This document shows positions 23,942 through 35,844 of a stretch of 64,000 bases of DNA, one piece after another; position 1 is the stretch's first letter; each line of letters starts with the position of its first letter. The notes beneath the pieces were generated by a model. That model worked only from the letters and a program-made list of their open reading frames with translations. It did not search any database and was not told the DNA's origin. Where the stretch lies: contig MCFE01000104.1 in assembly GCA_002104905.1 (NCBI GenBank), forward strand, positions 62,001 through 126,000. Reading direction: 5' to 3'. Made by a program: the position numbers and the translations under genes. Source of the stretch: Basidiobolus meristosporus CBS 931.73 (lineage: Eukaryota > Fungi > Basidiobolomycota).

Positions 23942-24745
23942 AGGACTACTTTCTATTAACCTCCATCTTGATTTGTTTGCCACAGCTATTCCCTGGCCAA
24001 CTTTATGATGGTCGCTATTTTATTGCGTGGTTAGCCTTTGTGGGTTACATCAATCAAACATACACTTTTCCTCGCATCCGAATTATCTAAGGAGTCGTCT
24101 ATTAATGTTTATGCCTGTTTCGATTGGGTTGCTTTTAATTGTACTTTACTGTTTGCCTGTGTTGGCTCTCTCACTGTGTGATATGTTTGGTGGATTGTCA
24201 TAATATTGATGTGGCCAGAATTTTGTAACTCTCCACGCGAATAAATCTGAATGCTGGCAAGGCGTTTTGATTCTAGAGAAGTGGGTCTACTGGTTTATTG
24301 ATGAGATATTCTTGTAGCTACGAAATTGTTTATAAACAAGCGTAGGACCCGGTAGTTTCGGGTTGTCTTCGGCGATCCTTAGTATTGGGGAGGTTCACCT
24401 CTAATAGGTCGTATCCGCATCAGTAAATATCAGCCCATTCGCCAGCATGAGTTTGATCTGACGAGTAACAACATTCAGGTCGTAATATCATTTTAAATAT
24501 GAATGATGAAAGTGCAACAAATTATGATGAAAACAAGGAAATAAACATATCATATCGAACATAGCATTACAGATGTAGCAAGGAAAAAACGTAGAGTACA
24601 ATAATTCAAGGAAAGCGCGGAGAAGAGAAATGATTACAATTCGAGAAGCCAGGGGAAAATTAACAAACCTGTATCAACAGGTAAATAGAACGGGTGCTCA
24701 CTTTTGGGGCTGAGCAGGATAGAATTACACCAATGGAGGCCCACA

Positions 24746-25828
24746 CTAGACGCACATCTTGCGCTTCCAGAAATAAGGGGTCATCAATGAGGCATTGGCG
24801 CTGAACGTGCAGCCATCCTCGACCATCTTTTTGGCGATCCTACCAATGTTTCTAGCATCATCGATTCCTGAATGCTCTCTCCCTCGAAACTTCATATTCA
24901 GTTTCTCAAGCATCCCTGGGATATTTCTTCGCTCACATGCGTAATATTCTGAGAACATCCGGCGAATATCAATCCATGGCTGCCAGAAATATATCGGGCG
25001 AAGAATCTTTGATTGTCTACATTGCTTTTCAATGAAATCGCGAATGTCAAACGGACCATCAGTTATAAACGCGCAGCTGTATTCAATAAAGAGCCCTCTC
25101 TCCATCAGCCAAATCCCAAACAGTGCCAATACCTCTTCAAAGGTTGGACTGACATCTACCACACACTAATAAAGAGCATGTTAGTCACACTTTGTGACAA
25201 TCGAATGATCCCCGGGATTTGATCTCAATTTACCTGTGATATCCCTGTCAACTCTATACAAAACTGGGATAGTATTGGATTCTTGGTAGGTCGGACATAT
25301 GCATGAAATTCGTCCACCTGCACGAGGCTTAGTATGAGTAGAAATATCGACACGTTTATGCAGTGACTTACCACTCTGAACGTAGCACCATCAAGCAAAA
25401 CGACAGGGAATTCGATTATTTCGTTAGGAAACTCCATAAATTTTCCTCGTTCGCAAGTAGCTTCAACATCGAAGCATAAGTAATAGTCGTAAGGCTGGTA
25501 GTTCTTACTAGTGTGGAGTGAGGTTACCCTGAATTAGTGACATACTAAGGTGAATGATGTCAAGAGATTGCGTTGTAACATACAGGTATTTCTCCGGATG
25601 AATCAGAAATGACTTCTTCTTGGGCCAAAAGAAGTGCTTCTTTTTGTGAGTCTGGTCTGCGGTTTTCTTGTACTTCTGCCGCGGTCGATTTGTTGCGGCG
25701 GAGGGGTGCGGTGAACTGTGAAGATTATATTTGAATAACGTATCTTCACATTTTTTGGCTGCAACAATGGAGTTTTTGCGAACATGAGTGCCGAAATTTG
25801 GGTTCAACTTGACCACAGTCTCAAGCAT
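24746..25828 (-). CDS. ERI1: ERI1/ERI2-family DEDDh 3'-5' exoribonuclease (multi-exon; start uncertain)
   Basis: YYLCFDVEATCE, EIIEFPVVLL, FHAYVRP, FCIELTGISQ, ITDGPFDI, GREHSGIDDARNI. Confidence 0.85.
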
Positions 25829-26706
25829 CTTGGTAAAATAGTTTAGGTAAGTAAGTCAAACTTGGACAGAGTCTTCAACTGAAGAAGGAAATATATGGAG
25901 TTCAGATTCACCAACACGTGATACAAATAGTGTTGACAAGAAATAACCAAATACTATATAACCTCAAGGAGTCGTAATAGAAAAGGGATAGTTTCTATCT
26001 AGCAACCTATGTATGCTAAGGAGGTAAGGGATGAGTAATAGGAGAGAGCTGGAAAGAGAGAGAATGAAATTTGAACCAAATGTTAACTAAATTTAGAACT
26101 CGATGAATGGATTGGAGGTATAGACTTGCAGGATTATCGAGACTACGATATCATTGGTTTGTATACAGAATCGGAGAAGGAACGTCTCCATCCTTGGCCA
26201 ATCATCACCTGATTTTGAGCACATTGAATGTGATAACAGGAAATCACCGCCGTTCAGATGGATTTATTCAATTTGTATTGAAACACTAGTGTATAAAGTA
26301 ATGGTGATGCGACATTGACCCTGGACTTGACAAGTGTATCAGTTCTACAAAGCATTGAAGTTCCAACATCAAACCGCCATCCTTCACCAGATTGAATTGG
26401 CACATAGATGAGATACTCACACATCATTCCAGCCACTGTCTGTGGAATAGCTTGTATTGATTGGTTGGAGTGGATATTCAAACTTCCGATTCCGGAAAAT
26501 CGCTCCCATCTAGTGGGTGCTTGTCAGCGCTGGCACTCCAACCAACATATGTAAGTTTACAAAAGTGCATTTATTAAACGGATTAGTTTCTAGCAGGGGC
26601 GTAAGTATTCCAAAAATTCGAGCTCAGTTGATGCCAGATGAACGAAAAGCAAATGCATCGCCGCAATGACAGAACGTTGGCAATAAAGCCATATATAGAT
26701 GCCTGT

Positions 26707-28503
26707 TTAATATTGATACTTGAATTGATAGCCATGATGACCACCGCGAGACTCGCCACCAAATGGAAAGCCACCCTGGCGGCCATTCTGGAAGAAAAAT
26801 TGCATAGGATTTCCCTGGCCGTATGCTCCATGTTGCTGGCCACCAGTGGGGTCGTTAGGGTCATCGCCATTATCAAATCGATTGCGAAGCTCATCGTCAC
26901 TCAAGACCTCATAGGCTTCGTTGATCTCGCTCATCTTCTTTGCTACAGCGTCTGCTGACAATTCTCCCTTATACTTGTCAGGGTGCCATTGACCGGCGAG
27001 CTTACGGTATGCTTTTTTGATCTCACGCTTTGTTGCTGATCTAGTGACTCCTAACACCTTGTAGTAGTCCTTCGTTTGTGATTGCTTCAGTAGTCGTTGA
27101 GCCCTATTTAGCTTTTCTTGGATATTGCGATCGTGACCATTACTCAATTCATGGGCTTTTGTGAAATCGCGGACAGCCTCTTCGAATTCGTCATTCAGCA
27201 AGTAAGCATCACCACGCCCACTAAGAGCGTTGATGTTATCTTGATCATATTTGAGAACTTCGGAGCACCAGTGTTTGGCTGATGCTCCATCCTTTCTTCC
27301 GATATAAGCTGTACAAGCCATTTGGGCTAGCTTGATGTAAAGTAGCGACCGAGGATTAGTAGTGACGCCGACGGTATCTAGAACTTGTCGAATTTCGTTT
27401 TCTATTTTTGAGATCAATCCATCATTAGAGTTGGGACCAGCCAGCTTATTAACTGCCGCCAGATAGAGCTTTCTTTCGACATCGGATTCCACTTTCTTTA
27501 CTTCTTTTTCGGATTTTTTAATCTTGCGAAACATTGGTTTGCATAGCTTGTCTTCAGGGTCATAGGTCAGGCATTGTTTAATCGATTGAAGTGCATGTTG
27601 TGCATCATCTAAGATGAAGTAATGAAGGCTAGAGAGCTTATATAGATTTGAAGAATCGGAAGGATTGAGAGCAGCTGTACGACTAAAACAGAGGCGTTAG
27701 AAGGTGATTACACACTTGATAAAACTATGGATTACTTACGTGAGGTCCCCCACAGCTTCTTCAATATCGCCTTTCTCCAAGTAGCACTTGGCTCTCTTCA
27801 AGCGTAGACTAGGCATAGTAGTGGCAAATGATATGGCGGTGGTATAGTGCTTTATACAATCATCATAATTCTTGGCGAGATAAGCTTTTTCACCCAGGTC
27901 GATGCTCTTCTCAGTCTCTAGTACATCCTCAAGCTGAGAATCGTTTAGTTTAAAGCGAATGTACTAATTCAAGTATTACGACTTACATGGTTATTTCCTA
28001 TGACACTAGCAGAGTTGTTTTTGAGATAGTTCTTGATATCGGATTTTGCTTTCGAAATGAAACCCTCTTTAAGATTTATTTTGGCACGTTGAAGAAGAGC
28101 CTAAAATGCGTCAGAGATATATACACAAAAGAAGCAAAACATAGGCTGGGTACCTGTTCAAAATCGGGTTTGATATCTAGGATTTTGGTAAAATCTTCGA
28201 GTGCAGCTCCGTTACGACCAAGGGAAAGATAGGTGGTTGCGCGTTTGAAATAGGTCAGATAGTTTGAAGGATCCTTTTCTAATGTTCATTTAGCAATTTG
28301 AGAAGTTGGCGGAATAGCAAGACAACATAATTACCTATCGCAAAATCGTAACTTGAAAGCGCCTCATTAAAGCGACCAGCGGCCAGTAAACGATTTGCTT
28401 CGTCGATATATTGTTGTGTGGTTTTATCGGAGGAGGCATTGGCATATGCGGCTTGAGAGAGTATCAAAGATACCAGAGGAGTGAGATAAAAATACAACTT
28501 CAT
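26707..28503 (-). CDS. DNAJC3: ER-luminal TPR + J-domain co-chaperone (DNAJC3/P58IPK-like), multi-exon
   Basis: Signal peptide [24 protein letters not shown] repeats, DYYKVLGV...[13 protein letters not shown] (HPD motif), [12 protein letters not shown]. Confidence 0.9.
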
Positions 28504-29246
28504 TTGGTTCTAAGCGTACTAGAAGTACCGAGATATCAGAAGTGTATACAACCAACACAAGGTAGACAATTAAAAACAAACACTAGCTCAAGAAACTAAC
28601 AAGGTCCTGATATATGTTCGAGTTCATATGATTTCACTGGCTGACGGACCATGTCACGTGTACAAGACTGCGCGCGTGGGCTCGGGCTATTGGTCAGGAG
28701 ATAACAAAAAGTGGAGATATCGAAGTTCCAACCAAATTTGGAAGGAAAAATTTCGACGACTCTAAAGCGTAACAATCAATCATTTTATATCACAAGCCTC
28801 ATAGGCTTATTGATAACTACCATTCTTTCTACGTAGAATACACCAGTTTTATTCGGTAATCTAACTAATATCTCGGTTACTATTGCTCAGCATCAGGTTA
28901 ATATATGAGCGATGTAGGCTCTATTAGACACTTGTCATCTAATTTGAAGAAACGATAATTTTGCAAACTCTACGAAACATCATATATTCGTAGTGTGGAC
29001 TGACATTTGTTTCAGAAAACACTCCAAACATTGTATCAAAGCAGTAGAAGAGATGAATCTAACCAAATGCTATTATGTTTGTTCCTTTCCTTTTCCTTGT
29101 ACCTACATTTCTTTTGTAAACTTGCGGGATATTACAAGCACATCAAGCCTATTGACGTTTTGTAGTGCTTTCTGGTCCACGTGTACTTTATTACCTTGCT
29201 ATCTGCAAAGTCACCATTTCTACACTATACAACTCGTGATATAAAA

Positions 29247-30041
29247 ATGATAGAGATTGATCATACTTTATCTGATTCAAGACTGGCCAGACAAGATATC
29301 TACTCAGAGGCACGTACGGGTTTAAACTCTTTAATTGACCAGCAGTTTGTTCAAGAATTCGGTTTATTAAAAAATGAGAGAACAGCCGTCAACGACAAAC
29401 TACCGCCACTTTCCCAACGCTCTGTTTCTTCGGTTCGCTTTTTTGATGCTTCTGATATTTGTTTATTCAAAGCCAACAAGAAAAATATTGCGGAGGTCCC
29501 GTCATGCAATAGCAATCTTTCCGACATCCCAAGAGCTAAAGCAGTGATACTTCATAAAGTATTACCCTCGGATACGTTGCCAGGGATCTCATTAAAATAT
29601 GGAATCGAGGTCGGTATTGTGCGGTAACATTTATTTTATAACTTCGGTGATTTACAGGGCATTTGCTAGGTTGGGATTCTACGTAGCGCAAATAAGTTAT
29701 GGTTTGGCGATCCTCTTCAAATCTGCGATAAGATTCGAGTGCCACTTCAGCACTGCACGATAACTAATGTAGAGTTGGACAAGTACCAGGTAGAAATGGT
29801 GTCCCAGGATACCTCGGAAAACTTGGGAAATCTTTCAGAGAGAATTGTATGCACAAACGGCTTACACTTCACCTCATCTTGTCAAGATTGGAGGTATTTC
29901 ATTACTATTGCTTATTCTGTTACATCTTTGATGCCAATAATCGATTTTGTTCAGTATATCGAATGTGAATTTTCTATCGCGCACAATGGACTCACTCTCG
30001 AAGTCACTGATGCGAGTACGGAGGTATACATCAAACGCTAA
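29247..30041 (+). CDS. Intracellular LysM-domain protein (one intron inside the LysM; 3' end approximate)
   Basis: Spliced HKVLPSDTLPGISLKYGIE-VGILRSANKLWFGDPLQICDKIRVP matches the LysM consensus; no signal peptide. Confidence 0.7.
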
Positions 30042-30463
30042 TTCAGGCACCAGGTCTCGACATTCAAAGCGGGACTTTAGAATCCCTAAAGGTGAAGAAG
30101 GCCGTTGGATTCAACTGAAGCAAATCAATAAGCTTCACAAATCATAGATTTAGCTGTAGCATAAAGGTAGAGGAATTAAGAATCCAACCAACATCTTTAT
30201 TGGCCAACTAAATAATATTACTGTGTTATGATTGGGCTTTCCGCTAGTCAGTCACCACCCACTGAAGGTATCATAAATTGAAGTGGCTGAGGTGATAGCT
30301 ATCTGTAATCAATAAATATAATGGGTAAATGTGAGTATATATTCTTTTGTTAGGATGTAGTAGTCGCTTTACATTATCATTGACTTGTAGGGGAGCCACC
30401 ACGGCAAGAAGAACAAGGTTGTGTTACTTCATAGTTAATTTACAGAGTAGTTAGTCAAAGAAG

Positions 30464-30907
30464 TCAAATCTCGTCATCATGGAATGCCCATTTCGTTTTT
30501 TTGGGATTCTGGGAGGCTCTGCCTACATAGCCGTCATTATCCGGAGGTCTTTCTTTTCTTTTGCAACTGGACAGCATACTCAGTAGTGATAGGCATACAG
30601 TTGAAACCGTCTGCGCAGGCGTCCAGTGTGTATATAATATATTTAAACAAATGTGCCCGTTGCTATAGACATGAGGATGGATGGGAACGTTCCCGATAAA
30701 GACCACCGCAGGAGACTCCATCGGGTAATTGGGAGTAAACCGAAATTCCAACTCGAATGTTTCTCCTTCGTACAAAGTACCAGAAGCCCCTTCTAGCTTT
30801 AAAGTCCACCTATCAAGATCGTCTGCCTCAACAACCTTTATACCACTTGGCGGTGTTAAGGTAAGCTCCTTAAGCTCCTTCAACAATCGCCGCGAGTATA
30901 GTGCCAT
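30464..30907 (-). CDS. UBE2W: Ubiquitin-conjugating enzyme E2, UBE2W-like (intronless)
   Basis: RLLKEL, NYPMESP, PIHPHVYSNGHICLNIL (active-site Cys), WTPAQTVSTVCLSLLSML, C-terminal KKTKWAFHDD. Confidence 0.9.
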   Translation of the reverse strand: MALYSRRLLKELKELTLTPPSGIKVVEADDLDRWTLKLEGASGTLYEGETFELEFRFTPNYPMESPAVVFIGNVPIHPHVYSNGHICLNILYTHWTPAQTVSTVCLSLLSMLSSCKRKERPPDNDGYVGRASQNPKKTKWAFHDDEI

Positions 30908-31482
30908 AACAGTGGAGGATTTGCTAATAGAATAGACCTTCCGATGATGGATTTAATATCTAGTGTGCACTGGCAGCAGGAATATAAATTCCGCCATGAT
31001 ACAATTGAAGGGGCTTGAAAGGAGCGCTCACTATTTGCTAGATTGATTGTAGATTTGGATGATTATTTCCATTTGCAAGAACCTAAGACATAGATATGAC
31101 TAGGTTGTGTGCAGACAAATAGCTCAAAGTACGATTTGAACTACAACAATGATGTATGCCAAACCAATAGGTACGTCTGCGATGCTTTATTCAGTGTAGA
31201 TGATGGTAGCCTAGTAAAAATTTTGCTTACCCTACAGTATCATGTGAATATCATTAGAATTAGCGCTTTCCCATAAAAGTATATTTCAAATATTAGCTAT
31301 TCCTATTGTAATAAAGACTACTTTTCTCCCTATACTTGCTTCCTTTTGCCAAGGAAGAAGGTGATCGTTCAATTAGAAGTTTTTGAACCAAAGAGTTGGT
31401 GAGACATTTGCAAGCATGCAGCCAACGACCAAGAAGTACATGGCCGATTGTAAATGCGCATTTTTCGCCATAAAACCGTCGT

Positions 31483-33152
31483 ATGCTTCGTATTAATTTC
31501 CTCTTTGAACCTTCTCTAGTCGCCATATTTATCATTTCACAAGTGGCTTTTTATTATGGTTTCAAGTATGTACTCGGTAGCCTGGATCCTCGCAACGGCA
31601 AGAAAAAGGAAGCCAAACAAAAGAGTGAGAAAGTTCTTGACCGGTTGGGAGTAAGTTGTGTAGAGCTCGTAACGCTCATATCTACCAGTGCACCTCGGGT
31701 TTAGCTGTTTTGTTAACATTCACACGTAACCGGTATTCTAGCTTTCGGAATTGAAATTGAACGAGTACGAGCAAATAATTGCTACCGAAGTTGTGCATCC
31801 CGAAGAAATTGCCGTCAATTTTGAGCGTAAGACTTTACAACCGCCACTGTGTATACAAGCTGAGTATTTGTTAATGAACTATGTATTTATGTATGACACA
31901 GAGATTGGCGGGTTGAGTGAAATTATCACCGAGCTGAATGAATCAGTCATCTTCCCTCTGAAATACCCCCAACTTTTTACAAGCGCTTCCGGTTTACTAG
32001 GCGCACCAAAGGGCGTTTTATTATACGGCCCTCCAGGTTAGACTTGTTCAATGTTGCCTACTTGTGGTCCGCTTCAGCTGATACATATTTTCTCCGAAGG
32101 ATGTGGCAAAACCATGTTAGCCAAGGCGTTAGCAAGGGAATCTGGTGCCACTTTCATTAATATGCACGTCTCAACCCTCACTGACAAATGGGTACGAGCC
32201 AGCTAATACCTAAAATCATGATCTTTCCAATGTTCTCACTTCAACATAGTTCGGTGAATCGAACAAATTGGTTGCTGCCCTATTCAGCCTTGCGAAGAAG
32301 CTCCAGCCAGCCATTATATTTATTGATGAAATTGATTCTTTCCTTCGCGAAAGAAGGAGCAATGATCATGAAGTTACTAGTATGATGAAAGCTGAATTCA
32401 TGAGGTAACTAACTCTTTATCCAAACCTGTAAGTACGAGGCAACCGACCGTTAACCATTCAATAGCTTATGGGATGGCCTTACAACCAAAGAGGACAGCC
32501 GCATCATCGTAAGTGGTTAACCATATCCCATACACTAGAGCTCCTTATCTAAACGCGCGTTCCAGATCTTGGGTGCTACCAATAGACCAAACGACATCGG
32601 TAACCATGACGCTCAAGAATGTCTCCTTGAAATTATGCTAATCTCTATATTCGACCAGATTCGGCGATTTTGAGAAGAATGCCAAAGCGGTTCTCTATTA
32701 GACCACCAAACGATGATCAGCGTCGGGATATTTTGAACATCGTAGGTATATTTGCATCGAATGCCGATTCTGAGTGCTAAGTGGTTTCAAATCCATAGAT
32801 GCTGAAAGACATCAAGCTTGCTTCTGACTTTGATCTCGGCAAACTTGTCAATTACACCAATGGGTATTCAGGTACTGCGGCGGCGAGCCCATGCAATACA
32901 CCAAATTTCCGTGGATTAATGTTTGCATTTACTTAAGGGAGCGAGCTTAAGGAGTTATGCCGCAATGCTGCTATGGTGCCTATTCGCGAGTTTATGCGGA
33001 CTATGCATAATGGATCGGTAGACCCCTCGACTCTTGATCCTGATAACATTAAGGAGCTCGATGTTCGACCACTTCGTACAACTGACTTTTTCTCAAAGTC
33101 TCCCTACGATGAAAGTGTTATGTCATTCATTGAGCCAGAACCCCAAGATTAG
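31483..33152 (+). CDS. MSP1: Outer-membrane AAA+ dislocase Msp1/ATAD1 (about 10 exons)
   Basis: N-terminal TM; LNEYEQIIA; DIGGL; [20 protein letters not shown]; [10 protein letters not shown]; AEFM-SLWDGL; [10 protein letters not shown]; ILRRMPKRF. Confidence 0.92.
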
Positions 33153-33786
33153 AGCAATTTGTAGTAAACGAAATTTGCATCGTGATTTTTTAAAGCATAT
33201 GTATTCTATCATGTTTGCCATGATTACAGCGTAAACAAGCAAGACAGTATTGGGGAGTTTACCAGCACCTTGATAATAAAGAGGAGCTGAGCAAAACCAA
33301 ACAATCCCAAACAATCCTTAAACTCATCAAAGTTGGACTATATGCATAATTGGACAGTTAAATCGCAGGAAGGGGGAACTGCTCGATGCGATGGGGAATC
33401 GAGTAAGCATGTTTGAATTGTATGGGGGATCGAATTATTCTCCCCGGGGCACCGATTGCTGGTTTGTATTGGTCTTGAAATTGGGGATAACTGTGTAATC
33501 ACGTTGGGGTAAAAAAAGGTCCCCAATCAAGCATAGCTGCGCTTTCCCCGCACCAAATAAACCCATTTTACCAGCAAGAGTAGCTCGAGTCTTTCATTGA
33601 CGCCGGTTCTCTCTAACCAAACATATTGTTGTTCCGTTTGTTTCGTAGTAAGCATATTTTCCAAACCTACAGCACAGTCGAGAATATTAGCATACACCAC
33701 ACTTTTATTTTCAAACTGTATTGAGCGTCTCCACTTTTCAATACTGAAGTGCATCTTTGTTAATTAGAGGAACTCCAAGGCTCAAA

Positions 33787-35288
33787 ATGCTAAGAAGTAC
33801 CGTATTTAATAGAGGTTTGATATTTGATATCTATATATATACAAAGACACAGCTCTTTCATCCGGTATACTGATCTTTACCTCTCCTACTTCTATGCAGC
33901 TCTTACCCAAGCAGCTCGCTCCAAAGCTTCCCAACAATTACCCAAAGCCCTTGCATCATACTCTACCGCTACCCGTACGTACGGAGGTCTCTCTGATGAA
34001 GATCGTATTTTCACCAATCTTTACGGCCGTCACGATTTCCGCCTGAAGGGTGCGTTGAAGCGTGGTGACTGGTATAAAACCAAGGAGATCTTATTAAAGG
34101 GCCACGAATGGATTTTAAGTGAAATGAAGGCTTCCGGACTTCGTGGTCGTGGTGGAGCCGGTTTCCCTACCGGTATGAAGTGGGGATTCATGAACAAGCC
34201 TCTTGACGGTCGTCCCCGCTACTTGGTAGTCAACGCTGATGAGGGAGAGCCTGGTACCTGCAAAGATCGTGAGATTATGAGACATGATCCCCACAAGTTG
34301 ATTGAGGGTTGCTTGATTGGCGGTAGAGCTATGAACGCCAATGCTGCATATATTTACATTCGTGGTGAATTCTACAACGAAGCCTCCAATTTGCAAGAAG
34401 CCATTAATGAGGCCTATGCTGCCGGTCTCATTGGCAAAAATGCCTGTGGTACTGGATATGATTTCGATGTGTACGTCCATCGCGGTGCTGGTGCCTACAT
34501 CTGCGGTGAGGAGACTGCATTGATCGAATCTATTGAAGGCAAGCAAGGCAAACCTAGATTGAAGCCCCCGTTCCCTGCTGATGTTGGTCTTTTCGGATGC
34601 CCTACCACCGTCTCCAATGTCGAGACTGTTGCTGGTGGCCCCAACCATTTGCAGACGCGGTGGAAGCTGGTTTGCCGGATTTGGACGTGAACGTAATAGT
34701 GGTACCAAGCTCTTCTGTATTTCTGGACACGTCAATAACCCATGCACCGTGGAGGAGGAAATGTCTATTCCCCTGAAGGACCTCATCGAGCGCCATTGCG
34801 GTGGTGTTCGTGGAGGATGGGACAATCTCTTGGCTATTATCCCCGGTGGTTCCTCAGTCCCACTTCTTCCCAAGAGCATCTGTGAAGATGTCCTCATGGA
34901 CTTTGATGCCTTGCGCGATGTACAATCCGGTCTTGGTACTGCTGCTGTCATTGTCATGGACAAATCCACCGACCTTGTTAGAGCCATTTCTAGACTTGCT
35001 GCTTTCTACAAGCACGAGTCTTGCGGCCAATGTACCCCATGCCGTGAGGGTACCAGCTGGATGGCCAACATGATGGCCCGATTCGAGCACGGTCAAGCCA
35101 AGATTGATGAGATTGACATGATCGAAGAATTATCTAGACAAATTGAAGGACACACTATCTGTGCATTGGGAGATGCCGCCGCCTGGCCCGTTCAAGGTTT
35201 AATCCGTCATTTCCGACCAGATATCGAGAAGAAGATCGCCGACTATAAGGCCGGTTTGGAGCAGAATGTCTCTGCCGCTCAATTCTAA
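33787..35288 (+). CDS. NDUFV1: Complex I 51-kDa flavoprotein subunit; apparent +1 frameshift at ~34634
   Basis: [73 protein letters not shown]. Two overlapping ORFs join at GCT-G-GTG-GCC with no room for an intron. Confidence 0.93.
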
Positions 35289-35844
35289 GCGCCAGCTTCA
35301 AAACGTAGGAGCACCATTTATATATAATTGAATAACAAAGCTTTTTATTCAATTTCGAGCAAGGAATTTCCTCATGACCGAACACATCTTTTTTACGATT
35401 CATTTAAATCAAATCATCTCGCAATCCACAAGTAAATACTTCTTCACATTAATTCACTTTGATTACTACCTACCGATCCCGATTGATCTGGCATTTGTGC
35501 TGGGCTAGGTTGGTTGGGTGTTGGTTGCCCTAAGTGGTGGGAGCAGCATTTTGCACCATTTTTATTAAGGATGCTCATGAAAACCCAACAATTAGGAAAT
35601 TTCAAAGTAAAGTGATACTTTAACTATACAACCCGATGTTTACAGTCAAAGTCAATATAAGATGAATGGGAAAGTTTAAAAACCAAGGAATGTTTGGCAA
35701 ATAATATGAATACTGGAGAAACGATCAAATTAGTGTACTGAAGGCTCGGGGAAATGAAGAAACGATGTGTACGTGTAAACCAACAAAAATCTTGAAGACT
35801 ATACAGTAACAAGGGGATGAAGTGGTTTCGCAGTGTTTAATGGG

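Noticed and set aside
24340-24485. GC-richer block with two short hairpins between convergent 3' ends
   Set aside because: No SRP, RNase P/MRP, U3 or snoRNA box motifs recognised and no snRNA promoter element. Short hairpins of this size occur by chance; an Infernal scan would settle it.
30464-30907. Intronless UBE2W as a possible retrocopy
   Set aside because: The ORF is intact, there is no poly(A) remnant or TSD, and other intronless native genes occur in the window.
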